A DNA stretch of 64,000 nucleotides from positions 1 through 64,000 of the IMG/VR virus record IMGVR_UViG_3300029791_000002, one strand, 5' to 3'. The position numbers and the translations under genes are program-made. This document shows, in pieces, positions 1-8,431 of this stretch. The stretch is from a virus. Below the pieces are notes generated by a model. It worked only from the letters and a program-made list of their open reading frames with translations. It had not been told where the DNA came from and did not search any database. The number at the start of each line of letters is the position of its first letter. The stretch's first letter is position 1.

Positions 1-11
1 ATTATGAATCT

Positions 12-326
12 ATGGTTTATAATCATAGCAATAATGGTATTTTTATATTAGGTGGAAATAAAATTGGTAATATAGAAGACCATATGCAAGATCTAACATA
101 TTGGTACGAATATGATCCGAGTCTTAATGAAAATTATTGTTATTATTATTATGAAGCTGATAATAGTGGAAATGCTATTAAGTTGAATGGTGAGTTTTGT
201 GATGTTAGCACTGTTTTTAACATTCCCAGTTTGAAGGTTACCACTCTTCGTGATGGCAGTTTGAGTTTTCCAGAGATTTATATAGAAGGAGTTTGGGATC
301 CGTCATTGTATAAGTCGATTTTATAA
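12..326 (+). CDS. hypothetical protein (possibly the 3' part of a gene that starts before the window)
   Basis: 104-aa ORF at the window edge, co-directional with the + block; no motifs recognised. Confidence 0.35.
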   Translation: MVYNHSNNGIFILGGNKIGNIEDHMQDLTYWYEYDPSLNENYCYYYYEADNSGNAIKLNGEFCDVSTVFNIPSLKVTTLRDGSLSFPEIYIEGVWDPSLYKSIL

Positions 327-352
327 TTAACTTTGCAAAAAAGTTAATTACA

Positions 353-2611
353 ATGGGTGTCAAATGTCAGATAGAAAAGAAGGAAAATAAAATAGAACGG
401 GTTGAGGCTCCTAACGGTGAGCCTTCCGTTCTTTACGAAAGTGCCTTAAAATTATTAGGAAATAGCGAACGAGCTCTTCAGGTATGGGCTAAGGCTTACA
501 CTCCTGGTTTTTTGTCGTATTACGGTCATTGGAACAACCCGGCTCCAGGGGAGATGTTTAATACCGATCCCAATGGCGAACCTCTTTTAGAAGACGTGCT
601 GTCGTATATGAAGCGTCAGACTTATTTTGCTGATCCTTTAACGGCTCAGGACATTAAGGATGTAAGGGATTTCCTTTTGTCTACTCATTATTTTTTCAAT
701 GCGTCTTCATTGTCTAATGCTATCCTCTTCGATTTTTATGTAGATGGCAGTTTGATACTGAATGAGCAGAAATTAAGGAGATCCGGTTTGTATGATGAAA
801 CAGAGATAAGTCGTATTTTATCCGATCCTTCTGTTTTAAACGAGGTTTTGACTTCCATGAGAAAGTTAATAGATTCTTCTATTAACGAACATGATAGGGA
901 AAAAGATAATTATTTTATGTCTATTGACTATCAGTATGGTCCTATTGTTTACAAGGAGGGAGTGTTTAACCAATTTGGTAAAAAGGTACCATATAATCCT
1001 TCTGAGCTTTATTATGCTATGCGTAAAACAGTAGCCGGCATAAAAAACTTTTCTGAATTTTCATCTGCTTTTGAATCGTTGAGAAATTCCTATCCTGAAC
1101 TGGTTGAGAAATTCGTTTCTGATAAAGAATTTGCCGAATCTATGTTTGATGAGTTCTCATCTACGAATAAGATTCCGGTAATAAACATAGAAGGGGATGA
1201 TGTGGTAGAAGGCAAGAGAAGATCCTTGTCTAAGTTACAAGATCTGTCTTATTACAATCCTGGCAAAATAGAGTTCCTAAGAGCTCGTATATCAGCTTAT
1301 TTACATAGGGCTAATGCCGACACCGAATCCGATTTAAGAAGCATGATATGGGATATAGAAGAGGCTTGTACGTGGTTTGGCATAGATATAATAGGGACAT
1401 CGGAAACTTATGATGGCACAGAAGAATCTTTGAATAAGATAGATAATTTGATGCTGGATCTTGATATTTATGTGGCCAGGCATAATGATGTAAATTATGC
1501 TCCAACGCTGGCATCTTCTATAGATGATGTTCTTGGTGATAGCACAGATTATTATTCTGAATTATTGCCGGAGTATATGGATAATTTGAATATCGTTTAT
1601 TCTGAATCCAATATAGACCCAGTAGAAGCGTTTGAGAAACATTCATTGCTTAAGGTAGGAGATAATCTATATCAAAGGATCAGCAAAGATGATATTAACG
1701 AGATGTATCAAATATCAACAGTGTTAGCCAAGGACAACCTAACTCATTTTTCTACTAAAATATATCCTGAATCTTGTTTTAAGAACGGCGTTTTGGATAA
1801 AGAGAAAGTACGGAACGTAGATAATAATACGCTCATGGCTTCCATTAAAAAACACGTCAGATCGTTCATGGATTCTCAGAACACGGAGGACATGATAATG
1901 ACCAGGATGGCGTTTGGACACCCGGCGGTACTTGACGTTCCTTACGTGGATGTGGATCGGGAGTATAGTCGATACATGAACAAAAAACAAGATAGCGAAA
2001 ACCCATTATCCTTATTCGATTTATACCAATCTTACCTTGACAACAAACTCCATAAAACAAAATTATATGATAATGCCTATAAGTATCTTGACTTCAAACC
2101 TGGTCCATCTTTGGGCCTTATTTCTGATGATCCTGATATTTTGAAATCAATAGAATTATCTTTATCTGGAAAAGACAGGTTGATGTTGTTTGATTATAGC
2201 ATGACCAGTACCGACCCTTCTTTATCAGAATTGTTTTATTTGGAGAGGTATGACCCTTCGTATGCTGGGAATGATTTTGAACACTATTTTTACACCAGGC
2301 ACCCGTATCTGTTAAAAGAAAAATCGGGCCCTAATATCGTAGAGCAAGATGGTGTTATAACAGCAGAAGGTATTTATGATAATTTTATAAGAGTAGGTAA
2401 TAAGATATGGTCTAAAGTAAGCGAGAGTAGTTCCGGCTCTATCTACCAAAATCTGACAGGAACCGAATCGGAGGTGAAATACGATTCTACTCAGAAGGCT
2501 AAGACGGTAGAAACTGATTACGCTCCATACCAAAACAGATCTGGCTTGACGCAAGATATGACCGTAAGCAAGTCTGAATTGGATGATCTTAACAAATTGG
2601 AATGCAGGTAA
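353..2611 (+). CDS. hypothetical 752-aa protein (possible virion/structural protein)
   Basis: Long uninterrupted ORF followed by a hairpin terminator at 2655-2685; no catalytic motifs recognised. Confidence 0.65.
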   Translation: MGVKCQIEKKENKIERVEAPNGEPSVLYESALKLLGNSERALQVWAKAYTPGFLSYYGHWNNPAPGEMFNTDPNGEPLLEDVLSYMKRQTYFADPLTAQDIKDVRDFLLSTHYFFNASSLSNAILFDFYVDGSLILNEQKLRRSGLYDETEISRILSDPSVLNEVLTSMRKLIDSSINEHDREKDNYFMSIDYQYGPIVYKEGVFNQFGKKVPYNPSELYYAMRKTVAGIKNFSEFSSAFESLRNSYPELVEKFVSDKEFAESMFDEFSSTNKIPVINIEGDDVVEGKRRSLSKLQDLSYYNPGKIEFLRARISAYLHRANADTESDLRSMIWDIEEACTWFGIDIIGTSETYDGTEESLNKIDNLMLDLDIYVARHNDVNYAPTLASSIDDVLGDSTDYYSELLPEYMDNLNIVYSESNIDPVEAFEKHSLLKVGDNLYQRISKDDINEMYQISTVLAKDNLTHFSTKIYPESCFKNGVLDKEKVRNVDNNTLMASIKKHVRSFMDSQNTEDMIMTRMAFGHPAVLDVPYVDVDREYSRYMNKKQDSENPLSLFDLYQSYLDNKLHKTKLYDNAYKYLDFKPGPSLGLISDDPDILKSIELSLSGKDRLMLFDYSMTSTDPSLSELFYLERYDPSYAGNDFEHYFYTRHPYLLKEKSGPNIVEQDGVITAEGIYDNFIRVGNKIWSKVSESSSGSIYQNLTGTESEVKYDSTQKAKTVETDYAPYQNRSGLTQDMTVSKSELDDLNKLECR

Positions 2612-2654
2612 TTTTTGTATATACACATAGTTTTTTCATAGTTATAATTTGGGA

Positions 2655-2685
2655 AGTGAGGCTTGTGAAAGTCTCACTTTTCTTA
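2655..2685 (+). terminator. intrinsic terminator (AGTGAG-12 nt loop-CTCACT + T-run)
   Basis: 6-bp perfect stem 2655-2660/2673-2678 followed by TTTTCTTATATAT. Confidence 0.5.
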
Positions 2686-3117
2686 TATATGCACGTATAT
2701 CAATAACATACAAGAAAAGTTAGATTTTCATTGTTTATGAATTATTTTTGTTAAGTTTGCAATATTAGTTTCAGGAAGGGATTATGGAAATAAGGAAAAA
2801 GTAAGAACCGAACGTAACTAATAACAGTAGGAAATGAGAATCAGTACCATCAAACGTAACAACAGCATTCATCTTATGTATAAAAACATTATGAATGATT
2901 TAGGTCAATTAAGAACTGTAGTTTCAAAATCCTATATTTATAATCTGATACAAAATCAAACCGGATTAAGTATCAGAACTATATCCCATGTACTTAACCA
3001 TACCAAAGAACAGGATACGGATTCTTTGTGAAAAGCATGTATTTTCATACATTTGTTCGTTCTTTAGTTTTAGTAGGGAAAAGTTTTTCATGGTATTTTA
3101 GTTTAGATTAGTTGAGG

Positions 3118-3150
3118 CAGGATTCGCAGTGATGCGGATCCTGTTTTGAT
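3118..3150 (+). terminator. intrinsic terminator-like hairpin
   Basis: CAGGATTCGC...GCGGATCCTG 10-bp stem (one G:U) followed by TTTTGATTT. Confidence 0.4.
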
Positions 3151-3200
3151 TTACAGCGCTTTACCCAAAAAAGGAAAAGCGAAAGTTGCTGATTATCAAT

Positions 3201-3222
3201 TTTTCCCCATAAATGGGGAAAA
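3201..3222. promoter_or_regulatory. perfect 9-bp inverted repeat TTTTCCCCA-TAAA-TGGGGAAAA upstream of the Gly-rich gene
   Basis: Exact dyad symmetry read directly; no flanking T-run, so operator-like rather than terminator. Confidence 0.35.
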
Positions 3223-3291
3223 CTACTCGTTGTATATTATATTTCCGTTTTTACTGAAAATCCTTCCATTTTATCGGAAACAAACTCAGCC

Positions 3292-4374
3292 TTGTTCCAC
3301 CCTGCAATCATGATCTTTGTTACGTGCTTCATGCACGTATGTTTAACAATTAAATACTATAAAATTATGGGTGGTGATAAAATCGTCCTTTTAGATGGAG
3401 CCGGGGCTAACGGTGGTGGTGCAGCCACTAACGGTCTTCTTTCAATGATTCCCGGCATGTTTGCTAATTTGATAGGTGGTAATAAAATGGATCCGAATCT
3501 GGTGGCGGCTTTGATGAACGGTCGTAACAACCAGGACGGTTTCGGTGGGGCTAACGGTTGGTGGCTCTGGATAATTGTTTTGTTCTGGCTGTGGGGTGGA
3601 CGCGGCTTCGGTAACGGTTTTGGAAATGGCGGTGATTGTTGCGCCAATGGTTTGCCGGCTCAGTTGAATAACGATTACGGTCGTGAACTTTTGATGCAGG
3701 CAATTCAAGGTAATCGTAGCGCCATAGATCAGATTGCTTCTGCTTTGAACTGTTCTACTACTCAACTTCAGAACGCTATCTGCAACGTACAGGGTGCTAT
3801 TGATAAAGTAGCTGGTCAGGTAGGTATGACTTCTCAGGCTGTTATCAACGCAGTTCAACAACAAGGTTGTGAAATAGGAAATCAAATCAGCTCTTGCTGC
3901 TGCAATCTGAGTTCGTTGATCAATCAAAGCACTTGCCAGACTCAGGGAATGATTACTCAGCAAGGTTTTGATAACCAGCTTCGCACGTTGGAACAAACCA
4001 ATATCTTGCAGAATGGTCTCAACCAAGGTCTGGCTAACAATCGTGAGCAAGCTACAAGCCAATTCAATATCTTGTCTGCGAAACTTGACGCCCAAACCGT
4101 TATGATCAACGACAAATTCTGTCAGTTGGAAATGAGGGAGATGCAGAACACTATTGCTCAACTTCGTGAAGAAAAAGCGGCTTTGACAGCTTCGGCATTA
4201 TCTCAGCAACAAACCCAGAATATCGTTGGTCAATTACGCCCGACGGCCGTCCCGGCCTACCCCTCTTGTTCTCCTTACCAGGCTTATACTTGGGGACAGG
4301 TATTCGGAGGAGGTTGCTGTAATAACGGATGCGGATGTAACAACGGATGTTGCAATAACAACGCTGCTGTCTGA
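3292..4374 (+). CDS. Gly/Asn/Gln/Cys-rich membrane-associated protein of unknown function (probable true start ATG 3367)
   Basis: GGxGNG-type glycine tracts, one Trp-rich TM segment (WWLWIIVLFWLWGG), Q/N-rich coiled-coil-like middle, C-terminal CCNNGCGCNNGCCNNN cysteine repeat. Confidence 0.55.
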   Translation: MFHPAIMIFVTCFMHVCLTIKYYKIMGGDKIVLLDGAGANGGGAATNGLLSMIPGMFANLIGGNKMDPNLVAALMNGRNNQDGFGGANGWWLWIIVLFWLWGGRGFGNGFGNGGDCCANGLPAQLNNDYGRELLMQAIQGNRSAIDQIASALNCSTTQLQNAICNVQGAIDKVAGQVGMTSQAVINAVQQQGCEIGNQISSCCCNLSSLINQSTCQTQGMITQQGFDNQLRTLEQTNILQNGLNQGLANNREQATSQFNILSAKLDAQTVMINDKFCQLEMREMQNTIAQLREEKAALTASALSQQQTQNIVGQLRPTAVPAYPSCSPYQAYTWGQVFGGGCCNNGCGCNNGCCNNNAAV

Positions 4375-4397
4375 TTTTATTAAGAAAGGAGGCTAAT

Positions 4398-4811
4398 ATG
4401 GCTTGTGTTTCTAAAATAGGATCGTTGTATGAGATGGTTACGAAGAATGTTATTGTCAGTACGACAAATACAGTCTTCGGTATTAACCCACGGGCTTGGA
4501 TCGCCCTTCCGTGTGAGGGTCTTATCCTTCTTAAGATAAGGCAAGTAGTCCCCACAGTCGGAAGTGCTCTACCGGTACAGATTGCGGTCCCGGCAAACAG
4601 CACAGTTTCAACAGTAGGAGCCGACACCTGTTGCCCGGTTACGGGAGTGAATGTCGTGAACCCTATTAACGTAGCTGTCACGGGTGCTGCTATGGTAAAT
4701 GGCACAGAACGCCTTCTGTACTTCAATAAAGTTCGTGGCGTGTTAAGATTAATGGATTGTTGTGTTCCAACAACAACAGCCCAGGCGTCTGAAGTTAAAG
4801 CAGGTAAATGA
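4398..4811 (+). CDS. hypothetical protein (137 aa)
   Basis: ORF preceded by a canonical AAGGAGG 7 nt upstream (4385-4391), unusual for this genome. Confidence 0.6.
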   Translation: MACVSKIGSLYEMVTKNVIVSTTNTVFGINPRAWIALPCEGLILLKIRQVVPTVGSALPVQIAVPANSTVSTVGADTCCPVTGVNVVNPINVAVTGAAMVNGTERLLYFNKVRGVLRLMDCCVPTTTAQASEVKAGK

Positions 4812-4861
4812 TTTCAGTAGGGTGATGGAGATCATCACCCTATTTTCACCTAACTAATATT

Positions 4862-5356
4862 TTGATCATGTTTTCAGATTTGAAGAAAGGGTTTCAGGTA
4901 CATACCCTTGATACTAATACAGTACCTAAATACGAATTGGGAAAGGTAGTAGCCGTATCCGAACCCAGGTATCTTCCTCCTCAGCCAGGTCAGTATCAGG
5001 CGATGCAGACCCGCGTGGTGGATCTGACGGTAGAGCTCACTGGCGAAACCAAGACCTACACGGTTCCGGAATCCCAGAATGTGGCTAAGGCTATGGGCAT
5101 AACATTATCTACCAGCATAGATCCGATTATGAACGAACTGAATGCCATAAAAAGCACCAGTCAGGAAATAATAGACAGCGTAGATGCCCATCGTGCCAAG
5201 ATAGAGGCTTGTGAATCTATATTAGAAGACATCAATCCGGCATTCAAACAAACGAGAGAGCAGGATCGTAAAATAGCTGGTATAGAAAATAAGGTGAATG
5301 ACCTTACTGATTCATTCGAAGATTTAAAGAAGTTAATTGTAGAACGTTTGAAATAA
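4862..5356 (+). CDS. hypothetical protein (164 aa, C-terminal coiled coil)
   Basis: ORF tiling in the + operon. Confidence 0.55.
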   Translation: MIMFSDLKKGFQVHTLDTNTVPKYELGKVVAVSEPRYLPPQPGQYQAMQTRVVDLTVELTGETKTYTVPESQNVAKAMGITLSTSIDPIMNELNAIKSTSQEIIDSVDAHRAKIEACESILEDINPAFKQTREQDRKIAGIENKVNDLTDSFEDLKKLIVERLK

Positions 5357-5363
5357 GTATAAT

Positions 5364-5732
5364 ATGATAGTATATGATTTAAATTCAGGACACAGAGAAT
5401 ATCCTGGATATGACGAGATAGAAGACAGACGAGGTGGAGGCAGAGGCAGAAGCCGCCGTTCTGATGGGACGTACATGGGGTACGGTGGTGGTATTTACGA
5501 CCATTACGGTATGCATGAGAAGATGAAGGAAATGGAAGAACGCGAAAACGAGCTGGAAGAAAGGGAAAGAAGGCTCGAAGAGCGCGAACGTCGTCATGAA
5601 ATGGAGGACCGGGAATACCGGAGGATGGGTTACGAATCCTACCCGATAGATTACTATGGAGACGACAGATACTACGGTGACGGGCCTCAGATGCGCAGAG
5701 GTCGCGGACGTGGCAGAGGTCGTTCTTATTGA
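5364..5732 (+). CDS. low-complexity RGG/Tyr- and Glu-Arg-rich protein (122 aa)
   Basis: RGGGRGRSRR and RRGRGRGRGRSY tracts flank an (E/R)-repeat helix ERENELEERERRLEERERRHE; many Tyr/Gly. Confidence 0.5.
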   Translation: MIVYDLNSGHREYPGYDEIEDRRGGGRGRSRRSDGTYMGYGGGIYDHYGMHEKMKEMEERENELEERERRLEERERRHEMEDREYRRMGYESYPIDYYGDDRYYGDGPQMRRGRGRGRGRSY

Positions 5733-5825
5733 GGAGCAGACGCAGAGGATCCAGCTTATCAGAAATATGTAGATACTTACGGCTACCATTTTTCTAATGC
5801 TCTCGCTGATGAGGCGGTAAAGAAG

Positions 5826-6119
5826 ATGGTCAACGTCGATGGATCCAAGAGGATCTGGAAGCAGCCGAAAATAAAAGATATTTTTGAAAAGTGCGGAGCG
5901 AAGAAGCCGGATAAAGCGACATGGGGCGATGTCCAATATGTCTTTGCAATGTACTATTCGGATGGTTTTCCGAAGGTCTTCAAATGTGAGAACGAGTTGG
6001 TGAAAGCTACGTTAATGTATTTGGATGATCCGGATGCTCCCGAAGGAGTAGCCTTTATAAGATGGCTTGCCGTGCAAGATTACCTCGGCGAAAAAATAAA
6101 CTGGAAGGATCTGACCTGA
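5826..6119 (+). CDS. hypothetical protein (97 aa)
   Basis: ORF in + operon. Confidence 0.45.
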   Translation: MVNVDGSKRIWKQPKIKDIFEKCGAKKPDKATWGDVQYVFAMYYSDGFPKVFKCENELVKATLMYLDDPDAPEGVAFIRWLAVQDYLGEKINWKDLT

Positions 6120-6282
6120 GATCCAGATCCAGGTCCTTCCGGTGGTGCGGGAGCCATAGTAAAAAATATGATTCCCGCATTCCCGTTTTTCCCGTTTGGA
6201 AAAAAAGAATAAAAATGTTATACCGGTCGGCGGGCAATAGAATACCCGTGGCCGGTTTGTTTCACATAACTTTTTTTTTGAC

Positions 6283-6459
6283 ATGAATATAGCACACGAA
6301 TCTAAATCGAATAAAACCCCATTGTATTTAATAGGAGAGTTGATTGGCGTACCGAATACGGTTATGGACTCAGCATTGCATGAACTGAAAGATAGAATAG
6401 ACAAAGACCCTAAATATAAAGATGTTAAAAATTGGCTCGAATCTTTACCCAAGATCTGA
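6283..6459 (+). CDS. small hypothetical protein (58 aa)
   Basis: Short ORF immediately before the terminator 6483-6517; below ORF-track cutoff. Confidence 0.2.
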   Translation: MNIAHESKSNKTPLYLIGELIGVPNTVMDSALHELKDRIDKDPKYKDVKNWLESLPKI

Positions 6460-6482
6460 ACCTATTTTTTTTCAATACCAGG

Positions 6483-6517
6483 CCCGATGCGATTTTAACG
6501 TATCGGGTTTTTATTTT
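6483..6517 (+). terminator. intrinsic terminator
   Basis: CCCGAT-13 nt loop-ATCGGG followed by TTTTTATTTT. Confidence 0.55.
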
Positions 6518-6587
6518 AATTCATATTGTTTTATTTTAAATCTAATTAATTCATAAATGTCGTACTTTTGTTGAAAAAGTATTTTTT

Positions 6588-6815
6588 ATGGAAAATAAGG
6601 AAGATTACGTTGGTTACGAAGATCAAGAACTGTGTAACCGGTATTACAAAGAGGCTGAAGCCATGAGGCAAAAGCAGGACTGGTCTCGGCTTAGGGCTGT
6701 CCCTGCTCCGGCCAAGGGAACGCCATCGCCCGGCTGGGGTCAGCTTGGACGTGGAAATGATGTCCGTGTTAAGTACGTTAGCATCAATTCAGGATTAGGA
6801 GGGGACAGATTATGA
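6588..6815 (+). CDS. hypothetical protein (75 aa)
   Basis: ORF; overlaps next ORF by ATGA. Confidence 0.35.
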   Translation: MENKEDYVGYEDQELCNRYYKEAEAMRQKQDWSRLRAVPAPAKGTPSPGWGQLGRGNDVRVKYVSINSGLGGDRL

Positions 6816-7027
6816 CTGTAGAAGAATTGGCTAATAAAAGATACAGTGGCGAATTTGTTTTCATGCTTGGTCATTTGGAAGGTATAACAAGATTCGTTTT
6901 TGAATGTTTTGATCCCAGACCTGATCACGAAGGTAAAAATACTTATATGGTTTCCTATTTTGATAAGGGACTTCGTAGAAGAGATGTGGTAGATGTGCCA
7001 TGTTATACGAATGTTTTAGCAAAATAA
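6812..7027 (+). CDS. hypothetical protein (71 aa)
   Basis: ORF translationally coupled (ATGA overlap). Confidence 0.4.
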   Translation: MTVEELANKRYSGEFVFMLGHLEGITRFVFECFDPRPDHEGKNTYMVSYFDKGLRRRDVVDVPCYTNVLAK

Positions 7028-7047
7028 ATTAAAATATTGTAAATATC

Positions 7048-7479
7048 GTGGTTAGAATCGCATATTTCGGAACCGATGGCCGTCCTGGTCATTACGCTAT
7101 TCCGATACGAGGTAAATTCACAGAAGAGGATATTAAGGTAATAGAATCTGTAGATTGTGATGATTTCTATAAGGTGTTTGACGTTATGCGTTTTAAGATA
7201 GCTGAGTTTAAAGGATGGACGATATTAGGAATCCCGGCAAGCTTAGACGATCATAGACCTGGAAGCAAAACCGTTATCTTCATAGAGGGTAAAGCTAACG
7301 AAACTGACTTTATGGAAGTTATACAAGAGTATTCTTTTCTTAAAAATAAGGTAAAGAAACTTGCCGAATTGTATCATGATGGAGAATGGCTTGCGACTGG
7401 TAAATTGAATCAAGATCCGCCTACTAACAAGGAGCGGTTTCAATTTACTATCTTTAACAAAGCCCCTGCTTTTAAGTAG
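7048..7479 (+). CDS. hypothetical protein (143 aa)
   Basis: ORF. Confidence 0.5.
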   Translation: MVRIAYFGTDGRPGHYAIPIRGKFTEEDIKVIESVDCDDFYKVFDVMRFKIAEFKGWTILGIPASLDDHRPGSKTVIFIEGKANETDFMEVIQEYSFLKNKVKKLAELYHDGEWLATGKLNQDPPTNKERFQFTIFNKAPAFK

Positions 7480-7580
7480 GAGATCAATGATTCTTTTATT
7501 CATATATGTATTCTTTAATAATTGATTCTGATATATGCCAAAAAGTTATTATTATATTTGTATTATAAATGTGGTTAAAA

Positions 7581-7938
7581 ATGATTTCATACAAATACAA
7601 CATCTATCATTCAAAGAAAACGAAGTATCTTGATAAGATGCTTCGCGAATGCTGTTTTGTATGGAATCATGCTTTAGCTCTACAACGTAGATATTACAAA
7701 CTGTTTGGGAAATACATCTAACGCTACCAAGATCCTCGTCAAGACCTTTAGAGGCAAGTTGTTCAAGAAAGCTTTTGGAAGAGCTCGTAGAGGAAAGGAT
7801 ATTAGTTCTTTTGAAAGACAGGAAAAAGAAAGTGGTTTCAATTTTCTACACAATCATAATAATGGTCGTATGCGAAGCGGTCATATTGTAATAAACGGAA
7901 TTGGTATGTTTAAACAAATAATGAAGTCGGGTACGTGA
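7581..7938 (+). pseudogene. tnpB: frameshifted remnant of a TnpB (IS200/IS605 OrfB) N-terminal region
   Basis: 46-aa ORF 7581-7721 MISYKYNIYHSKKTKYLDKMLRECCFVWNHALALQRRYYKLFGKYI matches the canonical TnpB N-terminus (YKYRIYP...G..RFVWNH.L). It continues in another frame (7705-7938) with TnpB-like segments (KLFKKAFGRARRGK, NGIGMFK ~ LPKLGWVK). No RuvC motifs follow. Confidence 0.55.
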
Positions 7939-8291
7939 GTTATCCGACTTTTTCGTATATTTGTGGCATGGCAAAAGGTTATTATTGGATACCACAAACA
8001 GATGAAACGTTAAATGGCATAAGCTATTACGTGACTAAGGTAGTAGGAGATATAGTGTTTGATACTAAACGAAAAAGAATAGTGTTTCAAACTACCAGGT
8101 ATTTCCCAGTAGGCTCCGTATTCCATTTTACTCACAACTGCTTTAAATACGTCATAACCTGCCGGCTCCGTAAGCCGGGGCTGTGGTATGAGGCAAGGAG
8201 GGAAGACTGCGGACCTATTGGACCGGATGATGTGGAAAGGTTCGAATCAGGAAGGTTTATTCATAGAAATGGGTACAAATATAATGCGTAA
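7935..8291 (+). CDS. hypothetical protein (118 aa), possibly a further degenerate part of the TnpB remnant
   Basis: ORF; weak resemblance only. Confidence 0.3.
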   Translation: MSYPTFSYICGMAKGYYWIPQTDETLNGISYYVTKVVGDIVFDTKRKRIVFQTTRYFPVGSVFHFTHNCFKYVITCRLRKPGLWYEARREDCGPIGPDDVERFESGRFIHRNGYKYNA

Positions 8292-8343
8292 GCGTAACTT
8301 GACGATTTACGTCAGATTATAATTATTTTTTCATATGTATATT

Positions 8344-8380
8344 AAGCCGTCAGACTGGGAAGTTAGACGGCTTTGTTTTT
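8344..8380 (+). terminator. intrinsic terminator
   Basis: AAGCCGTC-loop-GACGGCTT 8-bp stem followed by TGTTTTT. Confidence 0.5.
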
Positions 8381-8431
8381 ATCATGTGCCTGATTTTTAA
8401 TTACCTTTGTGTCAAAACAAAATAAATTCTT

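Noticed and set aside
4385-4391. Strong Shine-Dalgarno AAGGAGG upstream of 4398 as evidence for a Firmicutes/Proteobacteria host
   Set aside because: It is the only clear SD site among dozens of starts inspected; the rest lack SD sequences, so a single occurrence is likely incidental.
3357-4726. Antisense ORFs 3357-3647, 3442-4161 and 4151-4726 (−) nested inside the + Gly-rich gene and its neighbour
   Set aside because: Fully embedded opposite strong co-directional + genes; low-complexity composition (Pro/Thr-rich) typical of antisense artefacts over Gly/Gln-rich coding DNA.
5385-5936. 183-aa − ORF antisense to the RGG-protein gene
   Set aside because: Driven by the repetitive GA-rich coding sequence of the + gene; no independent support.
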